Shown here one piece after another: positions 27,856-37,951 of a stretch of DNA of 55,579 nucleotides (its first letter is position 1; each line of letters starts with the position of its first letter). The notes beneath the pieces were generated by a model. It saw only the letters and a list, made by a program, of their open reading frames with translations. It did no database searches and was not told the origin of the DNA. Origin of the DNA: an uncultured bacterium (GTDB lineage: Bacteria > Krumholzibacteriota > Krumholzibacteriia > Krumholzibacteriales > Krumholzibacteriaceae); contig CBDUYR010000015.1 in the NCBI GenBank assembly GCA_965371515.1, positions 1 to 55,579 on the forward strand, read 5' to 3'. A program made the translations under genes and the position numbers.

Positions 27856-30129
27856 ATGAGAACTGAAATCACACGACTCTATCGCGGACTGTTCGTATTC
27901 ATGCTGCTCCCCTCTTTCTTCGTAACGGCATCTGCCGCCGCACAGGAAGAGTTCGTGCCTGTCTATCACCCGGAACTGACGATCAGGCGGGCGGTGGGCC
28001 CGATCAAGCTCGACGGCGTACTCGACGACGAGGGCTGGCGCGGGGCGGCCAAGGCGGACAACTTCGCCGAGCACAGCCCCGGCGACCAGACACAGCCTGC
28101 CGTCGACACCGAGGTCTTAGTCACATTCGATGACAGGAACCTCTATGTCGCCTGGATCTGTTACGACGATCCCGGAGAGGTACGCGCTTCGTTCTGCGAA
28201 CGTGACCGGATCTTCTCCGACGACAACGTGATCCTCATGATCGACACTTACGGAGAGGCGACCCTCGCCTACGAGATAGCCTCAAATCCACTCGGTATTC
28301 CCGGCGACCTCCTCTTCTCCTCCGCGCACGGAGAGGATATCTCCTTCAGCATGATATTCGAGACGAGGGGAAAGATCACTGAGTTCGGCTGGGTCGTCGA
28401 GATGAAGATCCCCTTCAGGAGCCTTCGTTTCCCCAACAGGGAAGACCAGGTGTGGCGTATAGACTTCTGGCGCAACCGCCCGAGGGAAGTCCGCTACCAG
28501 TATTCCTGGGCCGCCTACGACCGCGACGTCGACTGCTGGCCCTGCCAGTGGGGAACGATGCACGGGATCACAGGAATAAGTTCAGGAAAGGGACTCGAGC
28601 TCCTGCCCTCTGTCGTCGGACATCAGACGGGCGCTCTTGACGAAAACGGCCTCTTCCGGAACAACGAAGCAGAAGGAGAGCTTGGACTTGGTATAAAGTA
28701 CGACTTCACATCTGAGATCTCTGCCGGCGTCACGTTAAATCCCGATTTCAGCCAGGTCGAATCGGACGCCGCGCAGATAGACGTAAACACTACCTTCGCC
28801 CTCTTCTATCCGGAGAGGCGGCCTTTCTTCCAGCAGGGCCGTGATATATTCAACACGGACTTCAACGCTATATACACCCGCTCGATCAACGATCCGTCGA
28901 TCGCGGGTAAAGCGATCATGCGCAAGGGAGCGAACAACCTCGCTGTCATCTCCGCGTACGACGAGCATTCGATCGTCATCCTCCCCTTCGAGGAGGAGAG
29001 CGAATATGTCGCCAACGGCAAGAGTTTTTCCAACCTGTTGAGGTTCCGCCACGATCTGGGTGAAGGATCACACCTGGGCCTTGTCGCGACCGACAGGCGT
29101 TTCGAAGGCGGAGGTTCAGGATCACTGGCCGGGGTGGACGGCCAGATCCGCCTGACACAGAGCAACTCCATCGAATTCCAGCTGATCGCATCCCATACCG
29201 ATGAGATAAACAATCCAGCGCTGACAGACAGCGCCTTCAACGAGAAAACCTTCGACGGGGGCAGGTACACCGCTGCCCTGGACGGCGAGGAGTTCTGGGG
29301 ACACGCCTTCCAGGCCGAGCTCGGCAGAAGGACCGCAAACTACTGGCTCGAGGGCAGGTACATGGAACGGAGCCCGACCTTCCGCGCCGACAACGGTTTC
29401 GAGCCGCAGAACAACGACAGGGTCGGCATGGCCGAGATCGGCGGTATCAAGCGATTCGAAGACAACAAGGTCATGGAAAACATCAACGGTAACTTCCATC
29501 TCGGCAGGAAGTGGAACTTCGAAGGGGTCCAGAAGGACGAATGGGCGATGCTCAGCTTCGAACTGAAATTCCGCGCTGCCCAGACGGGGATTCACAGCCG
29601 TTTGATGAGAAGCAACGAACTCTTCGGAGGCACACAGTTCGACGGGATCTGGCTCGCGCATACCTGCTTCCGCACTCAGCCCTGGGAGGCACTGAGATTT
29701 GGCGCAAACTTCGATTACGGTCACAGGATCGCACGGAATTATCTCGTCATGGGTACGGAGACTAACTACGGGGTCTGGGCAGATATCAAACCTGTCAGCA
29801 GGCTCCTCTTCGCCGTCAATTACCGCCGCATCTTCAGCGACGATCTTGAGACCGGCGAGAGGCTCTTCTCGCAATCGATATTCCGCCTTCGGACCGACCT
29901 CCAGATGTCGCGCAGGTTCTCCTTCAGGCTGATCACCCAGTACAACGACAGGTATCGAATCTGGGACTTCGACCCGCTGCTCACCTACAGGGTCAACTCG
30001 CTTTCGGTCTTCTACATCGGCTCGACCTATCACTACAGGGAATATGCCTTGACCGAGAGCAGTCTCGAGGACTGGCGCCTGTCATCGAGGCAGTACTTCC
30101 TCAAGTTCCAGTACCTTTTCCAGCTCTGA
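27856..30129 (+). CDS. CBM9-like / DUF5916 outer-membrane protein
   Basis: IKLDGVLDD..W, EMKIPFRSLRF, TLNPDFSQVESD, FYPERRPFF; terminal FLKFQYLF. Confidence 0.82.
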   Translation: MRTEITRLYRGLFVFMLLPSFFVTASAAAQEEFVPVYHPELTIRRAVGPIKLDGVLDDEGWRGAAKADNFAEHSPGDQTQPAVDTEVLVTFDDRNLYVAWICYDDPGEVRASFCERDRIFSDDNVILMIDTYGEATLAYEIASNPLGIPGDLLFSSAHGEDISFSMIFETRGKITEFGWVVEMKIPFRSLRFPNREDQVWRIDFWRNRPREVRYQYSWAAYDRDVDCWPCQWGTMHGITGISSGKGLELLPSVVGHQTGALDENGLFRNNEAEGELGLGIKYDFTSEISAGVTLNPDFSQVESDAAQIDVNTTFALFYPERRPFFQQGRDIFNTDFNAIYTRSINDPSIAGKAIMRKGANNLAVISAYDEHSIVILPFEEESEYVANGKSFSNLLRFRHDLGEGSHLGLVATDRRFEGGGSGSLAGVDGQIRLTQSNSIEFQLIASHTDEINNPALTDSAFNEKTFDGGRYTAALDGEEFWGHAFQAELGRRTANYWLEGRYMERSPTFRADNGFEPQNNDRVGMAEIGGIKRFEDNKVMENINGNFHLGRKWNFEGVQKDEWAMLSFELKFRAAQTGIHSRLMRSNELFGGTQFDGIWLAHTCFRTQPWEALRFGANFDYGHRIARNYLVMGTETNYGVWADIKPVSRLLFAVNYRRIFSDDLETGERLFSQSIFRLRTDLQMSRRFSFRLITQYNDRYRIWDFDPLLTYRVNSLSVFYIGSTYHYREYALTESSLEDWRLSSRQYFLKFQYLFQL

Positions 30130-30206
30130 TAGTGAAAATTCATCCATCCGGCCGATAGTTCTGTGATACGATTCATCCACGGAAACCTTTATCCAGGGGT
30201 GGTCTT

Positions 30207-31400
30207 ATGAAAAGGACACGTCGTGATTTCCTGAAATCGAGCCTGGCATGCGTGACCGCTGCGGCCCTTCCCTCCTGCTCGAACGACGGGAAGGGACAGA
30301 TCGAGAAAAGCCCGAAATATCCACTGGTGAAACGTACCCTTGGCAGGACCGGGATCGAGATACCGATAATCAGCATGGGGGCAAAATCCTGGGACAAGTC
30401 TCTCTACTATGCCGCAATGGGATCGGGGATCACGCTGCTCGATTCAGACCACATGTACCGCGGGGGCAGGCACGAGAAACTAGTCGGGAAGGTCCTTAAG
30501 AAACGTCCCCGCGAATCGATGGTCGTATCCACGAGAATAAATATCAGGACGGACAGAGGGACAGGCATGTATCCCTCAGGAACAACCGGAGAGGAGTTCC
30601 TGAAACCGTTCGAGAAATGCATATCGAACCTCGGCGTCGAGTATCTCGATATCCTCTCTCTGCACAGCGTCATGAGCGTCAGGGAGGCTGTCTTCCCCCC
30701 AGTCCTTGAAACCTTCCAGAAACTCAAATCGTCCGGCCGGACGAGGTTCCTCGGCGTCTCGGTCCACGGCTACGAACCGGACGTTATAAGGGCGGTCGTT
30801 GACTGCGGCATCTACGACATCATATTCATCTCGTACAACTTCAAGCAGCGTCACAGGGAGGAGATCAGGAAGGCGATCGCATATGCCGCCGGCGCCGGAC
30901 TGGGGATAATCGCGATGAAGACCCAGGCCGGTGCGTTTCTCGACAAGGCACGGACACAACCCGTCAATCACCGTGCAGCGGTCAAGTGGGTCCTTAACGA
31001 TACAAACGTCCATACAGTTATTCCAGGCTTCAACAATATCGAGCAGATGAATATGTTTCTGTCGGTCATGAACGATCTGGAACTTACCCCCGAAGAGGAA
31101 GCCGACCTCGCCTCGGCAAGGATGCAGGACGGCCTCTACTGCCAGCAGTGCGGCGAATGCGTCGGGCAGTGCCGGTACGGCGTGGAGATACCCTCGTACA
31201 TGCGCGCGTACATGTACGCCTACGGCTACATGAATCCGGGGCAGGCCAGGGATACGATTGCGGATATCTCTCCGGACGTCCCTTCGTGCGGCAGCTGTAC
31301 TGACTGTACCGTCTCCTGCGCAATGGGATTCGATGTCAGGGACCGTGTTCTCGATATCGCGCGTGTGCGAAGCGTTCCTGAGGATTTCCTGAAAGTCTAG
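30207..31400 (+). CDS. Tat-signal aldo/keto reductase with a C-terminal Fe-S dicluster
   Basis: TRRDFLK, RTLGRTG, AMK; CQQCGECVGQC and CGSCTDCTVSC. Confidence 0.85.
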   Translation: MKRTRRDFLKSSLACVTAAALPSCSNDGKGQIEKSPKYPLVKRTLGRTGIEIPIISMGAKSWDKSLYYAAMGSGITLLDSDHMYRGGRHEKLVGKVLKKRPRESMVVSTRINIRTDRGTGMYPSGTTGEEFLKPFEKCISNLGVEYLDILSLHSVMSVREAVFPPVLETFQKLKSSGRTRFLGVSVHGYEPDVIRAVVDCGIYDIIFISYNFKQRHREEIRKAIAYAAGAGLGIIAMKTQAGAFLDKARTQPVNHRAAVKWVLNDTNVHTVIPGFNNIEQMNMFLSVMNDLELTPEEEADLASARMQDGLYCQQCGECVGQCRYGVEIPSYMRAYMYAYGYMNPGQARDTIADISPDVPSCGSCTDCTVSCAMGFDVRDRVLDIARVRSVPEDFLKV

Positions 31401-31433
31401 AATCACAATCGAGGCATCAATCGAAAGGTGAAC

Positions 31434-31871
31434 ATGCGTTCTGAAGTCTGGGCTCTCTTGACGGCCGTCTGCTGGGCAGTCGGATCTCTTCTCGAGAAGC
31501 GCGGAGTGAAGCTCGGAGGCCTCTCTCCCGTGATGGGAACGGCGATCCGCACTGCGTTCTCCCTCCTGCTTCTCTCTTTCCTGTCGTACCCCTTCTGGCA
31601 CCAGCTGAAGACCGCCGGACCGAAATCAATCTCACTGATTGCCATCGGCGGGGGATTACTCTCGGGATGCCTGGGGATAATCTTTCTCTATACGGGCCTG
31701 AAGAACGGAAGCCTCTCTACCGTGATGACGATCGCCTTCTGCTTCGCGCCTGTTCTGGGAGCGGTGCTCGGGTATTTCTTCCTCAACGAAAGGCTGTCGC
31801 CTATCCAGGTGACGGGGATAGCGCTGTGCGTAGTCGGCGCCGCGATGACGGTCTATTTCAGGGGCAGCTGA
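31434..31871 (+). CDS. EamA/DMT family small transporter
   Basis: About 5 TM helices, FLNERLS..GIAL motif. Confidence 0.8.
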   Translation: MRSEVWALLTAVCWAVGSLLEKRGVKLGGLSPVMGTAIRTAFSLLLLSFLSYPFWHQLKTAGPKSISLIAIGGGLLSGCLGIIFLYTGLKNGSLSTVMTIAFCFAPVLGAVLGYFFLNERLSPIQVTGIALCVVGAAMTVYFRGS

Positions 31872-31879
31872 GTCCTCGC

Positions 31880-32386
31880 CTAACCCCTTATCATGAGACT
31901 GTAGGTCTCCTCAGAGCTGCCTGAGACTCGCTGGATACGAACGTGTAAGTACCCGCTGTTGTCTGTCGCTCCATCGCAATTGATCATATCAAAGATGAGT
32001 TCACCAATGCCTGTTACTGTTGCTGACGTGGTAAACATGTCAACCGATCCGGTACATTGAAAACTTGCCGCTATCGAACAGGTTATCCCATCGGGCAGCC
32101 GGATGATCACGACGGGATCAAAAACACAGCCAAGGACATCAGTCTCAGTTATCTCTACGCTGAACCAGTCCTCATCGTCGTCCGGGCAGATCGTCGGGTT
32201 TATCGAGATCGAATCCGCGGCACAATCGGATATGCTGCCGAGATCGTAGGACTCATCCTCACCATCATTAGGTTCCCAGGCATCCTTCGCACAAGTAATA
32301 GGATCTGTAGGTGTCTCTTCGTCATCGCTGCAGGCAAAAACCAGGGAAAGCATAAGAACGCTGACAAGAATCATGACCCGCTTCAT
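31880..32386 (-). CDS. Lipoprotein with a PPC-like / Ca-binding beta domain
   Basis: MKRVM..VFA-C lipobox; DAWEPND..DDDEDWF motif. Confidence 0.7.
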   Translation of the reverse strand: MKRVMILVSVLMLSLVFACSDDEETPTDPITCAKDAWEPNDGEDESYDLGSISDCAADSISINPTICPDDDEDWFSVEITETDVLGCVFDPVVIIRLPDGITCSIAASFQCTGSVDMFTTSATVTGIGELIFDMINCDGATDNSGYLHVRIQRVSGSSEETYSLMIRG

Positions 32387-32397
32387 TTTAGATCCTT

Positions 32398-32838
32398 TCA
32401 TTTTTCCGGTGCCAGTCGGATCTGGAGGTTCCAGCTATCATCGTCAGCCTTGACACCACCACCGTATAGTGCGCCGAAAACCGCCAGCGCACCGGCAATC
32501 GCAAACGCGCTATCCTCGTTCCACGCACCCGCCATCTCCCCGAAAGCACCCGCCATGAATCCGGCCGTCGCTCCCATCCCCGCGCCCTTGAATGTAGACT
32601 GCATCTTTGAGAGCCGGTAGACCTCGAAACCGGAGAGATTGGGTGTTTGTGCCTTGCCAGGAATCGAGAGGGAATAATCAATCTTTGTGTGATAATACCG
32701 CGCCGGCAATGTCAGGCAGGATGGCCTGGGTTTCACGACTATTGTATCCACCCTTGCGCTGTCAGCGATCCCCTGTCCTGAGGCGGGCAAGGGCAGGATC
32801 ACTGATAGTAGAAAAAGAATGGCTGCGATCCGGTGCAT
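32398..32838 (-). CDS. Secreted hypothetical protein with a glycine-zipper segment
   Basis: Signal peptide after GAGGT RBS; GAGMGATAGFMAGAFG..GALAVFGALYGG. Confidence 0.6.
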   Translation of the reverse strand: MHRIAAILFLLSVILPLPASGQGIADSARVDTIVVKPRPSCLTLPARYYHTKIDYSLSIPGKAQTPNLSGFEVYRLSKMQSTFKGAGMGATAGFMAGAFGEMAGAWNEDSAFAIAGALAVFGALYGGGVKADDDSWNLQIRLAPEK

Positions 32839-32988
32839 ACGCGATACCTCGCTTATTCGATATTGATTATCACATATCCACGCAAGGGTCTCAAGCCCTG
32901 ACTTTACCTGTTTTCTATTGTCGACGGAGTCATTTGTCCGGATAATAGCCTCATGACAGTTTGAAGGTCTCAGGGATATGGAGGTTCC

Positions 32989-34377
32989 GTGATACATATA
33001 GCAGGATATTCGATAAAAACACTCTCCCGTATACTGATAATCCTGCTGCTCGCCATGTCCGTAAGTCTGCCGGCAGTATCCGCTGAAGAAGAATGGGAAA
33101 GGCTCACGGCCGAATCATTCGAACTCTTCCGCCAGCGACAATATGATGATGCAATACGGGTCTCCAGGGAGGCGCTGACAACCACCGAGAAAGCCTTTGG
33201 GCCACATCACCCTAATGTCGCCAAGTCTATGAACAATCTCGGCGCGATGCTCTCGAAGCATGGCGATGTCGCCGAAGCGGAACGCCTGTTCACCGGTGCC
33301 CTCGATATTCTTGAGGAGTCCCTTGGAAAAGACAACCCCGGCACGGCGTCCACCCTCAACAATCTCGCTGAGCTCTATTCCGACCTGGGGAGATACGAAG
33401 AGGCTGAACCTCTCTACATGAGAGCGCTCTCGATCAGGGAAAAGAAACCGGGTGAAGATCACATGGACCTGATCACAACCCTCGATAACATAGCGGTCCT
33501 TTATGTGAGAATGGACAGGTTCCGTGACGCCGAAAAGCTCTATTCCAGGGTCATGGAACTGAGGGTAAAGTATCAGGGAAAGGACCATCCCGATACGAAA
33601 GCAACAACAAATAATCTTATTCAGTTGTTTATCCGTGAAGGGAATCTATACAAGAGTCAGGATAGACTCGATGAGGCTGCTGCTGCCTACGATAAAGCTC
33701 TGGGCATGATGAAGGGCTCCTTACCCCTCCCCGCGCCTGCTGAATTCGCCTCGCTGGTCGAGACACTTGCTGTCCTGAGTGTCCGGACAAACAACCTCGA
33801 GGAAGCGATCTCTTTTTATGAAGACCTCAACAGCTATAACGCCGGACTGCACGGAATACGTTCCATAGAGTATGCGCGATCGACAAGGGATCTCGCCCGG
33901 GTTTACATCAGGATGGAGCGATACGAGCAAGCCTTCCCATTGTATGAATCAGTTGTAGAGATCCAGAGCGAAAGGCTCGACAGCGACGACCCGGAACTCA
34001 TAAGATCGATGACAGAACAGGCCTCAGCCATGACCTCCCTCGCAAAGTCATATCTCGATTCAGGCAGGACCGCCGATGCCGTTCCCCTCTTTGCCGGAGA
34101 GATCGAGATCCGGAAGAAAACAGGAAAAGCAGACGATCCTTCACAGGCTGTAAGAATGAACAACCTCGCCGGCCTGCTCGTCGAACTGGAAAGGTACGAA
34201 GAGGCCTTACAGTACTATTCAACAGCCCTGGAGGTCCTGAAGAGATCTCCGGACAGGGGAAAATCCCATAAGACGCTTATCCTTAAGAATATGAGACAAC
34301 TCTACAGCCTCACCGGTGATCTGGAAAAAGCTGCCGCCATCGACAGTATGCTGGCCGGGCCCTCTGACGGCCCCTGA
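32989..34377 (+). CDS. Secreted tetratricopeptide repeat protein (kinesin-light-chain-like TPR)
   Basis: HPNVAKSMNNL, TASTLNNLAELY..GRYEEAEPLY repeats. Confidence 0.88.
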   Translation: MIHIAGYSIKTLSRILIILLLAMSVSLPAVSAEEEWERLTAESFELFRQRQYDDAIRVSREALTTTEKAFGPHHPNVAKSMNNLGAMLSKHGDVAEAERLFTGALDILEESLGKDNPGTASTLNNLAELYSDLGRYEEAEPLYMRALSIREKKPGEDHMDLITTLDNIAVLYVRMDRFRDAEKLYSRVMELRVKYQGKDHPDTKATTNNLIQLFIREGNLYKSQDRLDEAAAAYDKALGMMKGSLPLPAPAEFASLVETLAVLSVRTNNLEEAISFYEDLNSYNAGLHGIRSIEYARSTRDLARVYIRMERYEQAFPLYESVVEIQSERLDSDDPELIRSMTEQASAMTSLAKSYLDSGRTADAVPLFAGEIEIRKKTGKADDPSQAVRMNNLAGLLVELERYEEALQYYSTALEVLKRSPDRGKSHKTLILKNMRQLYSLTGDLEKAAAIDSMLAGPSDGP

Positions 34378-34513
34378 GCCTTCCCACACTCTCCGAAATT
34401 CCTGTTGCGCCATACCGGATTTTCTGAGACAATCCGCGAGCACATTTACTTGTTTCTTTATGTGAATAAACGTTTTTATGACTCTCCACTTCTATGGATA
34501 GCGAGGTGAAGGA

Positions 34514-35665
34514 ATGGTCAAACGAGTCGCTATTGTCGGCCTCGGGACCACGGGATTCCGTCCCGTCACGCCCGATGTCTCATTCCGCGAGCTGATCTTC
34601 GAGGCAGCCCGCAAGGCATACACCGACGCCGGTATAGAACCGAGCGAGATCGACGGGTTCATCACGACGGCGGAGGACTTTCTGGAGGGGTACTCGATCG
34701 CCGACGAGTACTGTCCCGACCAGATTGGAGCGGTCCTCAAGCCAACGCAGACGATTCCGGGCGATTTCATCCATGGGCTGGCCACCGGCTATATGATGAT
34801 CATGACCGGAGCTTACAAGACGATCGCTATCGAGGCCCACAGCAAGGCATCAAACATGATGAACATCAGCGAGCTCTTGGGATTCGCGCAGGACCCGGTA
34901 TACAACCGTCCTCTGCGAGAGACTCCGCATGCAGTAGCCGGTCTCGAGATGACGAGATATCTTTTCGAGTCGACCACCTCTTCCGAACAGTGCGCTCAGG
35001 TCGTTGTAAAGAACAAGAAGAACGCGATGCGCAATCCATACGCTGCGTTCGGCGCCGATCTCACGGAAGTCGACGTCCTCGCATCTGAACCGATCTCCCT
35101 CCCGCTGCACAGACTCGACATAGCGCCCCACGCGGACGGGGCAGTCGTCATAGTGCTGGCCGCTGAGGATATGGCAAGCGCCATGTGCGAGACCCCGATC
35201 TGGATCGAGGGCCTCGGCTGGTCTACCGACACGCCGACTCTTGAGATGCGCGACTGGGGCGACGCGGCATACGCCCGAATGTCGGCGGAGATGGCCTACA
35301 GGATGGCGGGGATCGAGGATCCGGTAGCGTTGATCGATTTCGCGGAGATATGCGACGAATACTCCTACAAGGAGCTCCAGCACATGGAAGCGCTGAAGCT
35401 CTGCATGCCCGGCGAAGCTGGTTTCATGCTCGAAAGCGGAGCCACTTCTTACCAGGGCGAGCTTCCAATTAACATTTCAGGCGGCGCGCTCGGCGTCGGG
35501 CACCTCTTCGAGGCATCCGGCGCACACAAGATACTCGAGCTCGTCGAACAGCTTCGCGGCGAAGCGGGCGCCCGGCAGATCCCCGACGTAAACGTCGGCC
35601 TTGCTCAGGCCTGGCGCGGTGTTCCGACTGCCTCAGGAGCGGTCGCTATCCTTTCGAACATGTAG
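34514..35665 (+). CDS. Thiolase-fold protein (SCPx/Ltp-like) lacking the acyl-enzyme Cys, subunit 1
   Basis: VAIVGLG, KNKKNA..NP, DGAV, NISGGALGVGH..ASG; IPGDFIHG in place of the ACASG motif. Confidence 0.85.
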   Translation: MVKRVAIVGLGTTGFRPVTPDVSFRELIFEAARKAYTDAGIEPSEIDGFITTAEDFLEGYSIADEYCPDQIGAVLKPTQTIPGDFIHGLATGYMMIMTGAYKTIAIEAHSKASNMMNISELLGFAQDPVYNRPLRETPHAVAGLEMTRYLFESTTSSEQCAQVVVKNKKNAMRNPYAAFGADLTEVDVLASEPISLPLHRLDIAPHADGAVVIVLAAEDMASAMCETPIWIEGLGWSTDTPTLEMRDWGDAAYARMSAEMAYRMAGIEDPVALIDFAEICDEYSYKELQHMEALKLCMPGEAGFMLESGATSYQGELPINISGGALGVGHLFEASGAHKILELVEQLRGEAGARQIPDVNVGLAQAWRGVPTASGAVAILSNM

Positions 35666-35678
35666 GAGGTCTTTTGCG

Positions 35679-36842
35679 ATGGGAATGAGGAAAGTAGCAA
35701 TTGTGGGAGCCGGCATCACGAAATTCGTGCGCCGCGCGCAGGAGACGGGAAAGGAACTGTCCTGGCAGGCCTCTAAAATGGCCCTCGACTCTTGCGATCT
35801 CACTCTCGACGACGTCGACATGGTCACGCTCGGCACAGCGCCCGACGCTTTCGACGGCGTACATATGAAGGGTGAGTATCTAGCCGACGGAGCGGGCGGT
35901 ATCGGCAAACCGTACATGCGCCATTTCGTAGGCGGCGGCACGGGTGTATTCAGCCCTATACACGGCTGGTTCCACGTGGCAAGCGGCATGGCCGATATCT
36001 GTCTCGTCGTTGCCGAGGAGAAGATGTCAAGTTGTTACCCGCACCCGGCGGGGGCATTCCTGACGATCTTCGACCACACGACCGAGCAGCCGCTCATGCC
36101 GACACTGATCTGGATATTCGCCCTCGAGATGAACCGGTACATGGAAACGTACGGTATCACGAAGGCGGACATCGCCCAGGTCTCGGTAAAGAACAAGCTC
36201 AACGCTATGGATCATCCCTCGGCGCAAGTTGCCGAGAAGATCACCGTCGAGGACGTGCTGAACAGCGAGACTCTCTGCTGGCCGGTCAACCGACTCGATA
36301 TCTCCCCCGCCTCCGACGGCGCAGCGGCTATAGTGCTCGCCAGCGAACGCGTCGCCCGACGACTTACAGACAAGCCGGTCTGGATCGACGGTGTGGGACA
36401 CGCGATCGATACTGCGTACTGGGCCACGCGCGACCTCTCTTATCCTCGCTACGTCGAGACAGCGGCGAGGCAGGCTTACGAGATGGCCGGCATCAAGGAA
36501 CCCGACAAGGAGATCCATATAGCCGAACCGTACGATCCGTTCGATTACAAGGAACTGCACCACATGGAAGGACTGATGCTCTGTCCGCGCGGCCAGGCTG
36601 CACAGCTGACCGCCGACGGAGTCACGGCCCGCGACGGCAACATGCCTATCTGCCCATCGGGCGGCGCCCTCGGCGTCGGAAACCCGATCGCAGCCACCGG
36701 CCTGATGAAGATCATCGAGATCTACCTTCAGCTCCGCGGTGAAGCGGGCAAGCGCCAGGTACCAGGCAATCCACGCTGCGGGCTCGCTCAGGCGTGGGGT
36801 GACCTCATGCAGATGGGTACCGTGGTCGTTATGAGAAGCTAG
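35679..36842 (+). CDS. Thiolase-fold protein (SCPx/Ltp-like) lacking the acyl-enzyme Cys, subunit 2
   Basis: VAIVGAG, FVGGGTG (no Cys), EEKMS, SDGAAA, EPYDPF, PSGGALGVGNPIAATG. Confidence 0.85.
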   Translation: MGMRKVAIVGAGITKFVRRAQETGKELSWQASKMALDSCDLTLDDVDMVTLGTAPDAFDGVHMKGEYLADGAGGIGKPYMRHFVGGGTGVFSPIHGWFHVASGMADICLVVAEEKMSSCYPHPAGAFLTIFDHTTEQPLMPTLIWIFALEMNRYMETYGITKADIAQVSVKNKLNAMDHPSAQVAEKITVEDVLNSETLCWPVNRLDISPASDGAAAIVLASERVARRLTDKPVWIDGVGHAIDTAYWATRDLSYPRYVETAARQAYEMAGIKEPDKEIHIAEPYDPFDYKELHHMEGLMLCPRGQAAQLTADGVTARDGNMPICPSGGALGVGNPIAATGLMKIIEIYLQLRGEAGKRQVPGNPRCGLAQAWGDLMQMGTVVVMRS

Positions 36843-36875
36843 TACTTCGAACGGAACGAAAAAGGAGTATAAGAG

Positions 36876-37445
36876 ATGAAACTCGAAGATTTTGAACTGA
36901 GGGGGACCAACCTGAAGTCCTCCGACTTCAAGAAGGGCAAGGTGCTCACGACCGAGTGGGAGCCCAATCTCAAGTACGCCTGGGATAACGGCGTCGCTAT
37001 CGGACGCTACCTAGCGGAACTCGGAAAGGGCAGGATCATCGCCAGGACTTGTTACAAGTGCAACCGGACTATGCTGCCGCCGCGGATGTTCTGCGAGCTG
37101 TGCTTCCGCCCAACCGACGAGTGGACATTTGTAAAAGACACAGGCGTTATCAACACCTTCAGCATCGCGAAGGTCAACTGGGACGCCTCGAGGCGCGGAC
37201 CTAAGGAGCCGCCGCTGCTCCCCGCTGTCATAGAGATCGACGGTGCGTCAAAAGGCATGGGAATAATGCATATGCTCGGCGAGGTAGATCCCAAAGACCT
37301 CAAGATCGGCATGAAGGTAAAAGCTGTCTGGAAAACGCCGGAGGATCGCACCGGCGCGATCACAGACATCCTTTACTTCAAGCCTGCTGCCGCGAAAAAG
37401 AAGACAAAGAAAAAGGCCGCACCCAAGACCCGGGGAAAGAGGTGA
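36876..37445 (+). CDS. DUF35/ChsH2 Zn-ribbon OB-fold protein 1
   Basis: CYKC..PPRMFCELC, G.INTF, IGMKVKAVW; Lys-rich tail. Confidence 0.88.
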   Translation: MKLEDFELRGTNLKSSDFKKGKVLTTEWEPNLKYAWDNGVAIGRYLAELGKGRIIARTCYKCNRTMLPPRMFCELCFRPTDEWTFVKDTGVINTFSIAKVNWDASRRGPKEPPLLPAVIEIDGASKGMGIMHMLGEVDPKDLKIGMKVKAVWKTPEDRTGAITDILYFKPAAAKKKTKKKAAPKTRGKR

Positions 37446-37452
37446 GATAAGC

Positions 37453-37929
37453 ATGGCAATTACCGAGAAGATAACAAACACTACGACTCCTACCTTCTGG
37501 GAAGGAGCCATTCCCGTCCGCTACGTTTACACGTTCGGGCTGGCCGGCGAAAAATTCTTCCGCACCGTCAAGGACAAGGGCACTTTCCTCGCAACGTACT
37601 GCGAGGACTGCGATATCTCCTTTGTCCCCCCGAAGATCTATTGCGACCGCTGCTTCAATGAGCTCGATTCGTATATAGACGTCGGTACAATCGGATACGT
37701 CGAGACGTTCACCCTTTCGTTCCGCAATATGGACGGATCGGAGAAGGAGGCCCCGGAGCTCCTCGCGATGGTCCGCATCGGGGACACCGACGGAGGGCTG
37801 ATCCACTACCTCAAGGGTTTCGAGGTCGATGAGATAGGGATCGGGATGCCCGTCAAGGCGGTATTCAAACCTAAGGCACAGCGGAAGGGTTCAATAGAGG
37901 ATATTATCGGATTCGGTCCACTGAAGTAG
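37453..37929 (+). CDS. DUF35/ChsH2 Zn-ribbon OB-fold protein 2
   Basis: CEDC..PPKIYCDRC, G.VETF, IGMPVKAVF. Confidence 0.88.
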   Translation: MAITEKITNTTTPTFWEGAIPVRYVYTFGLAGEKFFRTVKDKGTFLATYCEDCDISFVPPKIYCDRCFNELDSYIDVGTIGYVETFTLSFRNMDGSEKEAPELLAMVRIGDTDGGLIHYLKGFEVDEIGIGMPVKAVFKPKAQRKGSIEDIIGFGPLK

Positions 37930-37951
37930 AAAGCACGAAACACGAGAACCT

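Noticed and set aside
34461..34480. AAACGTTT palindrome upstream of the thiolase operon as a TetR/KstR-type operator
   Set aside because: Too short and imperfect in an AT-rich stretch to support.
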